Below are positions 24,263 to 36,142 of a stretch of DNA of 64,000 nt, in pieces. The DNA comes from Leucoraja ocellata (Eukaryota): NCBI GenBank assembly GCA_036785375.1, contig JAWMAR010000025.1, positions 5,146,001-5,210,000 of the forward strand, in the 5' to 3' direction. A program made the translations under genes and the position numbers. How positions within the stretch are numbered: the first letter of the stretch is position 1; each line of letters begins with the position of its first letter. The notes beneath the pieces are model-generated. The model saw only the letters and a list, made by a program, of their open reading frames with translations. It searched no databases and was not told the DNA's origin.

Positions 24263-27200
24263 GGTACAAAGCCTTCAATCTGCCAAAATCTGACATCTGA
24301 ACAATGAAAAGATAGATTCTTGATATTTTTACATTTCTGTTAGTCTTTAGGTTTGGCAAAATATTTGGATGTTTCACACTTTCTATATTTCAATAGGTTG
24401 ACATTGTTCTAAACTCATGTTTCACTCGTTAAAGTACCTTGTATTTTTGTAGATAAGAATTGTTGGAGAAACTCAGCGGGTGAGGCAGCATCTATGGAGA
24501 ATAGGAGTAGGTGACGTTTGTGGTCGACCCGAAACGTCGCCTACTCCTTTTCTCCATAGATGCTGCCTCACCCGTTGAGTTTCTCCAGCATTTTTTGTCT
24601 ACTTTGTATTTTTGTAGCATCTTTAACGTAATAAAACGCGCCATTGTGCTTCGTAGGAGAACCATTAAGTAAAGTGTTGTACTGAGTCACATGGGAAAGC
24701 TAGGGAAAGGTGACCTGAAGCTTGGACAAAGAAGCAGGGCCTTGAAGGAAAACAGGCTCCAGGAAGTTTAAGAAAGTTTAGCGGGCAGGCAAACTGAACG
24801 CATATGGAGTATAGAAATCAAGAAAGTCGAGAAGTGTTAAAATTAGAGGAGAGAGGTCTGGAGAGATGGGGAGGGGAGGGGAGTGGGAGAAGAGAGGTTT
24901 GAAAACAGAGATAACAGTTTCAAAGTAGAGATCAACACAAGACTTATAGAGTAGGAAGGAACCGCAGATGCTGGTTTAAACAAAAGGTAGTCTCAAAATG
25001 CTGGGGTAGCTCAGCAAGACAGTCCGCATCTCTAGGGAGAAGGAATGGGTGACTTTTCGGGTAGAGACGGCCTCAACCCAAAACATCACCCATTCCTTCT
25101 CTCCAGAGATGCTGCCTGTCCCGCTGAGCTACTCCAGTATTTTGTGTCTAGAATGCTTATTGAGGCATGAGTGTGACTTTGGTTCAGCTTAGAGATACAG
25201 CCGGAAACAGGCCCTTCAGCCCACCGGGTCCGCCCCAAACCAACAATCACCAATAGACTAGTTCTAACCTACACACTATATATAGAAGACAATTAACCTA
25301 CAAATCTGTACGTATTTGGAATGAGGGAGGAAACTGAAGCACCCGGAGAATACCCATGCGGACACAGGGAGAACGGACAAACACAGTACAGACAGCACCG
25401 GTAGTCAGGATTGAACCTGGGTATCTGGCACTGTGAGGCAGCAACTCTACCACTGCTCTACTGTCCAAGAGCTCCTAGGAATGTGTTTAATAGAGAGGGT
25501 CCATAGACTGTGGTATAAGATTTGGCGTTATGTTATTGATTAGAAGAGGTCATACAAATGAAACATTTATAGCAAAGGATTCTTGTAATATTTATTGCTT
25601 GGATGGATTTTTGTAGTACAATATTAGGTCTCAAGAGTTCCCAAGAATATGTTGGTAATTACAGGGATTTCCTAAGAGCATGTCATTAACTACAGCGCCT
25701 TCCAGCAGTGAATCCTTAATAATAAGTCATCTGAGTAATATGTCAATACTTACAGGCAATATGCCGGTCGTGAAATAGTCTTGCACTTCTATGTGGCTTT
25801 TGAACCCAAGTTGAAACGAAGTGCGATCTAGGCTATAAAGTACTTTTTGAAAATAGTCATTGTTTGAAACACAGGAAACAGAGGCAGGAATAATCAATTT
25901 GGTTCCCCATGTGTGCTCCTCTATTCAATAAGATCATGGCTGATCTCATGATGACATCAGTATCACTTTCCTGTACTGACTACATATTTCCTTTATATCA
26001 AAGCATCTACATTATGAGAGGATTTAAATCCAAGACTAAATATTTTCTAGAACAATTACATGGGGCCTTGATCTAACCATACATATAGTGTATTGTTTAC
26101 AGCTTTGGCCTCCCCAGCTGAAAAGAACATCCTTGCTTTAGTGAAGTCCAGCAGACCAATTGTTAGAGTGTCTGTTACATAAGGAGGGGTTGAGTAAGTC
26201 AGGGAAGTGGTATCACCGCATGGGGCCACATGAGGAGCAAGGATGTGGGGTAAAATTGTGTAAAGACCATGTAACAAAGCATTGAATGTATGCATAGTCT
26301 CTGAGAACGTTGGAAGAATTTTCGCACATTACCTGTTTTGTATATATTTTTTACTTTGAATAAAGTTTCATTTTATTTTATTTTAAAATCAGGCCACTAT
26401 TCTCTCGAGTTTAGAACAAGGAGGGTAACCTGTTGAAATGTAGAAAATTCTGAAAGGACCAAAATAATGTTGCCTTCTCCTCGCTAACAATGATCTATTC
26501 TGCGTTTTCCTTGATCTTCATTCCCTTTGTCTCGTTTTCACACCTTACACTTTCTTATCTCTGTATCTCCCTCTCCCCCAACTAGTTCCGAAGAAGGTAC
26601 ACAAAAATGCTGGAGAAACTCAGCGGGTGCAACAGCATATATGGAGCGAAGGAAATAGGTAATGTTTCGGGCCGAAACCCTTCTTCAGACTGAAGGGTTT
26701 CTGCCCGAAACATTACCTATTTCCTTTGCTCCATAGATGCTGCTGCACCCGCTGAGTTTCTCCAGCATTTTTGTGTACCTTCGATTTTCCAGCATCTGCA
26801 GTTCCTTCTTGAACAGTTCCGAAGAAGGGTCTAGACCCGAAACTTCGCCCATTCCTTCAATCCACAGATGCTCTGCCTGTCCTGCTGAGTCACTCCAGCA
26901 TTTTGTGTCTACTGAACTGAATGTTCCGCTGGTTAATAGGTTTAAAGCTAGTGGGGGCATTTCAGGCATGGAATTTGTGGTAGCACATACGATAGCAAAG
27001 TTTAAGAGGCATTTAAATGGCCACATTAACAGGCAAGGGATAGAGGGACATAAATCATATGCAGGCAAATTGGCATAATTGTTGGCACAGACATAGTGGG
27101 CAGAAGGGCCATTCCTCTACTGAACCATTCTATGTTCAGATTGACATGAAGAGAAATTGATAGGTTATTGGAAAATTGTGGAAAAATCAAAGGCAATGGG

Positions 27201-28889
27201 GAAAGGGCAGGAAATTGTTGTTTCGGACAGAAGATCAGCCATGATCTTGTTGAATGATGCGGCAAGCTTGGCAGGCTGATTAACTTACTCATGCTCCTAT
27301 TACATAAGGTATGTTAATTATCTATGATTTACTGTAAATATATCAGATGACTAAGCTTTCTTTTCTCTCTTGAGTAGGGATTGGTGCAGCTGGTGGAGCT
27401 GCAGTCTCACAGTGTCGGAGATCCGGGTTCAATCCTGACCTCGGCTGCTGTCTGTGGAGTTTGCACGTTCCCCTCTGTGACCGTGTGTGTTTCCTCTGGG
27501 TGCTCAGTTTTCCTCCCACATCCTAAAGACATGTTTAGGTTGGCTTAGTTTAGTTTATAGTCACGTGTGCCAAGGTACAGGAAAAGCTTTTTGTTGCATG
27601 CTATCCAGTCAGCGGAAAGACTATACATGATTATACATGTGGGTTTGTAGGTTAATTGGTCTCTATAAAATTGCTCTGGGTGTAGGGAGTGGATGCAAAA
27701 GTCAGATAACATAGAACTGGTGTGAATAGGTGACGTTTCAGATGGTTGGCATTGACTCAATGGGCCGAAGGGCCAGTTACCATGCTGTATCTTTCAAGTC
27801 CAAGTCATTTCCTCTGGGTGAAAAGGTTTTTGTTATTCTCTTAGATATTTGGGGACTACCTCCATCTACCTCCAAAAATCATTGCAAAAATGCAAAGCCA
27901 ATTTGTGCGCAGGAGTCTCTCATGAAAAGCGAAGTGGTAATGACCAGATAATTTAATCTATCTGAAGAGGCACAAAATGCTGAAAAGGAAAAAGAATAGG
28001 TGACGCTTCAGGTCGAGACCCTTCCTCAGCCTGATAAAGGGCCTCAATCCAAAACATCACTTATTCCTTTTCTCCAGAGGTGATGCATGACTGGCTGAGT
28101 TACTGCAGCATTTTGTGTCTCTCTTCGGTGTAAACCAGCATCTGCAGTTCCTTCTTACACATGTAATCTAGCTGAGCTGGTTCAAGGATGATTATTGGCC
28201 AGGTCAACCTAATTCCTGTTTATCCTTCAGTCGGAAGAAAGGTCTCAACCCAAAACGTCACCCATTCCTTCTCTCCAGAGACGATGCTTGTCCCGCTGAG
28301 TTACTCCAGCTTTTTGTGTCTATCCTGCTTCTCCTTCATTCGTCTTTGGATCTTTCTGCTTTCACATTTGCTGAAAGATCTCATCTCAACAACCCTGCTG
28401 TCTTAACATCTGCTGTTAAATGTGATCCTGCTCTCCAATATGATCCCATTTCCGGAGGCGCTGGCTCGAGCTGGGATGCCGTGTCTCTCTAACATTGTTT
28501 TTTTTTAATTTCAAAATAGACTTTATTCAATTGATAAATATATACAATTCATGAACCATTCGGACAAACAAAATGCATCCGACATTTTCGGAGACTATAC
28601 ACATTTTTTCAAGTACAATTTTTGTGTCTCTCCCACTACTGCCCTGTGACATGGAGAAAAACAACTGAGAGGAAACATTTGGCCCAAGAGGGGTTGTGGA
28701 CTGGCTTTATTACACAGCTGGGGCAGGCTGAACAAAGATGAGTCAAAAGTTAATTAAAAAAAAATAAAAGTTCTGCAATTTCCTGCCAGTGTAGACCTTC
28801 AATGTAAACAGAAAAGAAAACACATTTGTCTCCATGCCCCACCCCTGGCTCCCTCCACCATGGACTCTTCATTTCCTCGACTTGTTTTT

Positions 28890-29170
28890 GCAACAGGGCG
28901 GGACCACGTGGTGCGGGAAGAGGGGGGCGGGACCTCAGGCACCGCCCTGGGCGCTCTGATTGGCGAGGTGACGTAATCCCCAGGACTGTGATTGGCCGGG
29001 TCCGGTGCTTTGATGGGCGGGCTGACAGGTGAGGGGCGGGTGATTGACAGGCCGCGTCCGGGACTTGGCTAGGCGGCGCCAAGCGGAGAGTAGCAGTAGT
29101 AGCAGCGCCGTAGTACCGTGCCAGTCGCGCCCTGGCTGCTCCAAGCATCACACAGCTATTAAATGCAAGA
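28890..29170 (+). promoter_or_regulatory. CpG-island promoter, probably of paqr7
   Basis: Five GC boxes, CACGTG 28905, two ATTGG (28959, 28991), TGACGTAA 28969, TGATTGACAG 29041; non-repetitive and CpG-dense. Confidence 0.75.
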
Positions 29171-29385
29171 GTTAAGAGCCATCTTTTCAATTTCAAATAC
29201 CTGTTCAAAAGTTTAAACCCAGTGTTGCCCATTTGGAAGTGCATGCATGGTTCCCCCCCCCTCCCATTTGTGGAAGGATATTACTAACTGTTGCATAATT
29301 GCATCTGTCATTAACATTAGATAGACACAAAAAAAAGCTGGAGTGCATTAACCATTGACTGGTTTCTTTCGGGAACATTTTCCAG

Positions 29386-29569
29386 GTGGATGCATTTGGA
29401 ATCATATCTCTTTTGGTCACCGACGATGTGCGCCTGCAAATCTGCCTTTACGAAGTGAACCAGCTTGCAAGGAACTGGTGGGTGTTCAAGAGATGCCTCC
29501 TAATTGCAGGCAACTGCTCGTCGGAAGTGAGCGAGGGATTGTGAAAGGACTGTCTCCTTCGGCGAAATT
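29386..29569 (+). other. Candidate 5'UTR exon of paqr7
   Basis: Acceptor TTTCTTTC..CATTTTCCAG|29386 and donor ATT|GTGAGT at 29570, just downstream of the CpG island. Linkage to paqr7 is inferred. Confidence 0.5.
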
Positions 29570-30957
29570 GTGAGTACTTGGGTGGATGGATCTCAGCGCC
29601 GGGCTGTCGCTCTCCTTGGATCCATCTCGATTCTCCAGAATAATTTACAGCTAAATGTCCAGCTCCTTCGCTGCGAAGAGTTTAAAGGGAATGAAAGTTT
29701 GTGTGTTTTGCTTTCTCGTTTATCTTGGAATAAGGATTGCATGGGGTTGGGCGCTGAATTAATCTGGTTAATTCAGAGGCCAGATTAACCGCTCAAGTTC
29801 CAACAGGGGCAGAATTAAAAGATGAGAGAAGATCTTGCGTTTTGGTTTCATGTGTTTCCCCACGGCTTTTTTTGCGGCTAAAGTTTGCCTTGTATGAAGG
29901 GTAGGTAGTCAGGAAGTGTGGCATCCGAGATGGAATTTTTTTGGTAGGAAACGTGAAAAACGTACTACTTTTTGGAAAGTGCCAGTCTACGCAAAGATCT
30001 TGGAGCTGGCAGACTCGTAGGTCAAGACCCCCCTGGTTTATTCCAGTCTGTCTGTGAGTGTTACTCCTGTTCTCACTGTGGTTATGTAGTTTCCTCCCAC
30101 AACCCAAAGACTTGTAAGTTGGTAGGTTAATTATCTAATGTATATTTTATCCCAGTGTGGCTAAGGGTCAAATCCAGTTTTTTTTTTTTTTTAATATATA
30201 TTTTATTCATTTGAATATATATTGTATCGTATTTTTTTCTGTATCTCTCTATATCACTGTCTATATCTCTCGTTTTCCTTTCCCCTGACTCTCAGTCTAA
30301 AGAAGGGTCTCGACCTGAAACGTTACATATTTTTCTCCAGAGACGCTGTCTGGCCTGCTGAGTTACTCCAGCTTTTTTTTGTGTCTATCCAGTTTCTTCT
30401 CATATACACATAAGATAGTGAGGCTCAGCTTGAAGAGTATGAGAGAAGGTCTCCCTCAAATTGAGTGGAGCAGGTTATTTGAGGGGGGAGGAACTTCGAC
30501 CAAGTCTGATGTTTTTAAATGTGTGCTGATGAAAGCCCAGGATATGTACGTCCCCGTTAGAGTGAAGGGCAAAGCAGGCAAACGCAAGGAAGCTTGGCTG
30601 ACGAGGGAAAATGAGGCGTTGGTCAAAAACCAGAAGGATGCATGGGACAGGTAGGTATAGGCAGCTGGGATCAAGTGCATCCCTGGAGTTTCAGGAATTA
30701 AGGAGTAAACTGAAAAAAAGAGATCAGACGGTCAAACAGGGGCCAGGGGATAGCTCTGGCGGGTAGCATTACGGACAATCACAAAATATTTTATAAATAC
30801 ATAAGGGGGGGAAAGGGTAACTAGAGAGAGAAAGTGGGACCTCTCAGGAATCAAAGAGGTTGCCTCTGTGTAGAGCCACAGGAGATGGGCAAAGTTCACT
30901 GTTACTATTTCTCCTCTGTATTTACCGAGAAGAAAGACAGTTCTAAGAGTGCTGGAC

Positions 30958-31698
30958 TTTCACCTCCGCAACATTGCCAAACTCAGACCCTCTCTCACAC
31001 CTCCCGCTGCTGAAAGACTCATCCATGCCTTCATTTCCTCCCGACTGGACTACTGCAACTCACTTCTCCTTGGCATCAGCTCCACCTACATCAACCGACT
31101 CCAACTGGTCCAGAACGCAGCCGCCCGACTCATCACCCACACCAAATCCTGGCATCACATCACTCCAGTCCTCAAACAACTTCACTGGCTTCCCATCTCC
31201 CACCGGATCACCTACAAAATCCTGATCCTCGCCTACAAAGCCCTCCACCATTTGCCCCCCCCATATCTCACTGACCTCTCCCCCTACCAACCCTCACGGT
31301 CCCTCAGATCCACATCAGCCGGTCTCCTCTCCATCCACAAGTTCAACCTCCGCAGTTTTGGGGACAGAGCCTTCTCCAGGGCAGCTCTCAGGCTCTGGAA
31401 CTCCCTCCCCCAACTGATCCGCAATTCCGTGTCCCTCACCATCTTCCAGTCCCGCCTCAAGACCCATCTCTTCACCTCTGCCTATCCTTAGCCCCACGTC
31501 CCCCTCCCTTTTCATCTGTGCTTGAATTGCCTCATATTGTGTTTTGAATTGAATTCTGTCTTTAATTTGTGTACTAGTCATGTCTCTACTATTTATTTCA
31601 TTCCCCTTACATGTTTTTCCTCTACTTGCTAAATTTTTGTAAGGTGTCCTTGAGACTCTTGAAAGGCGCCCATAAATAAAATGTATTATTATTATTAT
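30958..31698 (+). mobile_element. L2 LINE 3' fragment with open ORF2 C-terminus (adjoins older CR1 at ~30420-30945)
   Basis: FHLRNIAKLRP.L...AE.LIHAFISSRLDYCNSLL.G..LQLVQNAAARL..HITPVL.QLHWLP; tail GAAAGGCGCCCATAAATAAAATG(TAT)n. Confidence 0.92.
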
Positions 31699-34122
31699 TG
31701 GAATGTTATAGTGGTCACTAAAAGGTGTAGTGGGGAATTAAAAAAACAAACTTATTTGTTAACAAAGTGATGAAAATATGGAACTGATGACCACATGGGA
31801 ATGATTGAAGCAACAAGTATACATGTACTTAAAAGGAGGGGAAAAAAAACAAATAAAGGGTTGCACTGAAAGTTTTAGATGAGGACTGATGACAGGAGAC
31901 TTGACCGAAAAGTAATGTAAAAACAAGGAACTGCTGATGCTGGTTTACACCAAAGGACAAAGTGTCAGAGTAACTCAGGGGGTCAGGCAGCATCTCTGAA
32001 GGACATGGCTACATGACGTTTTTGGGTCGGGACCTTTCTTCAGACTGATTGTGGGGGGAAGGGTGAGGACCACAATCAGTTTGAAGATGGGTCCCAATCC
32101 AAAACGTCACCTATCCACGTTCACCAGGGATGCTGCAAACTAAACGGGGCTCCAATGAGTTTAATAGGAGCATGGGAAATGTGGCATCACGGGGCTAGAA
32201 GGAGCTCTGGAATGGGGACCCATGTGGTTAGAGGGAGTGTGAGCAAGCTACATGCAACTCGGGAAATGGGGTGTTGATGAGGTTAAAGGGAAACAGATCT
32301 GGGTGCACAGATGCCATAACGATTGGGATTTCCAAACAATAGGCTAGCAGATTATCGACGTTGCTGTGCCTCGTGTTGATGGATTTTCATTATGATCTTT
32401 TCTCGAAGTGGAAATAATTTCCCTGACTCCATTCCTTCAAAACCCGCTTCATCATTTTAAACGTGCTTTGCGTGGCTTCACAACCCTCTTTTATCATGTG
32501 AAGAAGAGAGACAGTCTGTGTATTTCACGTTACGTCCATGTAAATCATCTCTGGATCCTTTCTGTTGTTTCCATATTCTTTCTCCAGGGTGGTGATTAGA
32601 ACAATACGCAGAACTGTTCGGTGTGGCCTAGTCATGGTTCGAAACATGTTTAGCACGCTCAATCTTCTTTCAAATTCAATCCCTTTGGAAATAAACTGCA
32701 GTGCATGCTGTGGTTCCATCCACCTTGGCTAAACTGCCGGGTGTAACCCTCATTGAATGGTTATGAGTACTCCAAGATCCCATTTGTCACACCCCACTCT
32801 CCCACCCTTGGGCAATTGAACCATCCTACCACAATGATAGAGCAGTCCTGAACTACTGTGCAAGAAGGAACTGCAGATGCTGGTTTAAACCAAAGATAGA
32901 CACAAAAAGCTGGAGTAACTCAGCGGGACAGGCAGCATCTCTGGAGTGACGGAATGGGTGACGTTTCGGGTCGAGACCCTTCTTCACTAGAACCTACTAT
33001 CTACCTCATTGATGACCCTCAGACTATCTTTGATTGGACTTTACAGGCTTTACCTTTCACTAAACGTTAATCCTTTATGTACCTGTACACTGTAAATGGT
33101 TTGATTGTAATCATGTATTGTCTTTCCACTGATTGGTTAGCACGCAACCAAAGCTTTTCACTGCACCTCGGTACCTGTGACAATAAACTAACCTGAACTG
33201 AAACTAAACACCACCCTATCTCCACTGCAGGTTTAAAGTTCTTAATAACCTCTCAGTTCTTCCATTCAAAATATATTCCCTTGCATTGGTCTGTGTTGAA
33301 CTTTACAGGGCTCTCACTTAACTATTTTTCCCTGTTGCCAGCCAGGCAACCTTGACAGCATTTTAGGTTGCCAAATGGCAGTTTAGGTTGTCATTTAAGA
33401 CGGTTTGCATGACGCATGCGATAATGTGCTCGGACGAAGTGCGTGGTTACCATTCGGAATTGTGCTCAATGAAGCATTTGCATATTATGTTCAAGAAGGA
33501 ACTGCAGATGCTGGAAAATCGAAGGTAGACAAAAGTCCTGGAGAAACTCAGCGGGTGCGGCAGCATCTATGGAGCAAAGGAAATAGGCAACGTTTCAGGC
33601 CGAAACCCATCAGTCTGAAGAAGGGGTTCTCCAGCACTTTTGTCTACATTCACATATTATTTCTGCTTCAAATATTGAATTGAATTGCATTGAATTGAAT
33701 TCCTTTATTGTCATTCAGACCTTACGGTCTGAACGAAATTTCGTGCCTGCAGTCATACATACAATAATACAATAATAAACAACAATAAACACAAATTAAC
33801 ATCCACCACAGTGAGTCCTCCAACCACCTCCTCACTGTGGTGGAGGCAAAAATCTTAGGGCTGCAGTCTCTTCCCTCCTCTTCTCCCTCTGCGCTGAGGC
33901 GATTCCCCACCGGGCGATGGTACAAACAGTCCCGCAGCTCACCGAACCCCGCGAACGGGCCGGTTCAAACACTGCGGCCCGGGGTGGTCGAAGCCGCCAC
34001 ACCTCCAGTCCAGCACACGCAGCCGCCGGCCCGCGCCTGAACCCAGGACTCTGGACACCGCTGCCAGAACGTCGTCCCAGCCACCCGAGCACCGTCCCAA
34101 CCCCCGGACCGGATCGCCCTCA

Positions 34123-34350
34123 CGTGAGTACCGTTCCACCCTCGGTCTGGGCCACTCCAGCGGGAGTGCCGTTCCTCCCTCGGGCTGGGCCACTCCGACG
34201 GGAGTGCCGTTCCTCCCTCGGGCTGGGCCACTCCAGCGGGAGTGCCGTTCCTCCCTCGGGCTGGGCCACTCCCACGGGAGTGCCGTTCCTCCCTCGGGCT
34301 GGGCCACTCCAGCGGGAGTGCCGTTCCTCCCTCGGGCTGGGCCACTCCAG
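34123..34350. repeat. 38-bp GC-rich minisatellite, 6 copies
   Basis: Unit CGGGAGTGCCGTTCCTCCCTCGGGCTGGGCCACTCCAG at 34123 (diverged), 34161, 34199, 34237, 34275, 34313; degenerate partial copy at ~34372. Confidence 0.95.
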
Positions 34351-34596
34351 CCCCTCACCAGGCCGCTCTCACGGGAGCACCGTTCCATCCCGGGCTGGGC
34401 CGGGAGCGAGCCCAGGACGAGTCCTGTCGGCTGCCTCCTGAGTCCCGAGGTCGCCGGCTCCGCTAGGCCTCAGCGTAGACGGAGGCAGAGAAGGGGGATA
34501 CGACAAAAAGGTCGTATTCCCCCGAAGGGAGTGACAGCAGCCCCCGTTTCACCCCCCACCCCCCTCCCCACATAAACACAGCCTAAAAACCAAAAA

Positions 34597-35137
34597 CATA
34601 GACATAGAAACATAGAAATTAGGTGCAGGAGTAGGCCATTCGGCCCTTCGAGCCTGCACCACCATTCAATATGATCATGGCTGATCATCCAACTCAGTAT
34701 CCCGTACCTGCCTTCTCTCCATACCCCCTGATCCCCTTAGCCACAAGGGCCACATCTAACTCCCTCTTAAATATAGCCAATGAACTGGCCTCAACTACCC
34801 TCTGTGGCAGAGAGTTCCAGAGATTCACCACTCTCTGCGTGAAAAAAGTTCTTCTCATCTCGGTTTTAAAGGATTTCCCCTTTATCCTTAAGCTGTGACC
34901 CCTTGTCCTGGACTTCCCTAACATCGGGAACAATCTTCCTGCATCTAGCCTGTCCAACCCCTTAAGAATTTTGTAAGTTTCTATAAGATCCCCTCTCAAT
35001 CTTCTAAATTCTAGAGAGTATAAACCAAGTCTATCCAGTCTTTCTTCATAAGACAGTCCTGACATCCCAGGAATCAGTCTGGTGAACCGTCTCTGCACTC
35101 CCTCTATGGCAATAATGTCCTTCCTCAGATTTGGATA
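34597..35137 (-). mobile_element. Young CR1 LINE 3' fragment
   Basis: Open frame PNLRKDIIAIEGVQRRFTRLIPGM..LWNSLP..GEKAGTGY and (CATAGAAA)n tail. Confidence 0.93.
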
Positions 35138-36104
35138 ACTAGACAAAACGAAAAAAAACAACACAAAAAAGTAAAAGACAAACGGACTGCAGGCGAGCCG
35201 CAGCCGTTCCCAACGCCGCCACTTCCGGTTATGTGGGAAATAACTCACAAACTAACCATATTCACCAATCAAGACATGATATATACCACAATGACACGCA
35301 GCAAAATTATAATGCAATATCTCAACTCTTTTTACACAATGCAATTAATGCAAATTCTATTAGTTCTTTCCACTTCCAAACAAAAATGTGGTTGGATTGT
35401 TCAGCATATGATCAACCTGTGTCAATAAATCCTGGACCATGGTAACATATATACTTAACCATGCACACTACAGATTGATGCAAGCATGTTTTTTGTGGGA
35501 TCGAAAATTATCATGAAATGGCCATAGCATGGGGTCGTTATTGCTATTGGCACAGAAACACTCTCGCTTCCAACATAATTTATCCATAACAAAATATACA
35601 GGTTGCAAGGAAATTTCTACAGGCATTTTATGATGAAAGCTGTTCAAACCGATTATACCCATCTGACATTACACTGACTGACAAGAGATGGCCAAAGGAC
35701 ATAACTGCAGCAAATGTTCTTTTGGTAATATGTTTAAAGGAGGAGTCGGTGGAGCCGCTGTTCAGGGCCCGTCATTCACTCCGGCCCTTCGTCACCATGC
35801 ACCTAGTACCTTTGCCCCAGCTGCAGCCGCCACAAAACGTCACGTTCCTATTCTCCAGAGATGCTGCCTGACCTGCTGAGTTACTCCAGTTGTTTGTGCC
35901 TATCGGTATAAACCAGTATCTATAGTGCCATGCTGGGCAAAATGACTCGGCGTTTAGGTTGCCCGGCGACACTTTGGGTGGTCAATGGCACCCGGGCAAC
36001 CGCTAATTTCGAGTCCTGCTTTATCTGCCAGTTATTTGTCCATTGTCCAAGCTTAGCCATGTCCTATACTTCATTGCAGTGATCCTCAGTGTTGACTGTT
36101 TCCT

Positions 36105-36142
<38 letters not shown>

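Larger units (their letters stand above)
33675..35230 (-). mobile_element. GC-rich non-coding retroelement with Rex1-type tail, split by a CR1 insertion
   Basis: Head CCGGAAGTGGCGGCG at ~35228, T-rich and G-run segments, GC-rich body, tail ..GAATGACAATAAAGG(AATTC)n. Confidence 0.65.
33306..36018. mobile_element. Non-autonomous TIR DNA transposon with 5-bp TSD (hAT5-like), hosting nested inserts
   Basis: Termini CAGGGCTC / GAGTCCTG, TSD CTTTA at 33301-33305 and 36019-36023, GGTTGCC/GGCAACC subterminal repeats at both ends; the flanks rejoin as an old CR1. Confidence 0.7.

Noticed and set aside
1-28800. Exons of genes neighbouring PAQR7 in human (e.g. STMN1)
   Set aside because: No stathmin-like or other recognisable coding exon seen by eye; small exons could have been missed.
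33832-34575. Overlapping GC-rich ORFs and a CRISPR-like periodic array
   Set aside because: Head-to-tail 38-bp minisatellite with no unique spacers, in a eukaryotic retroelement; the ORFs are due to stop-poor composition.
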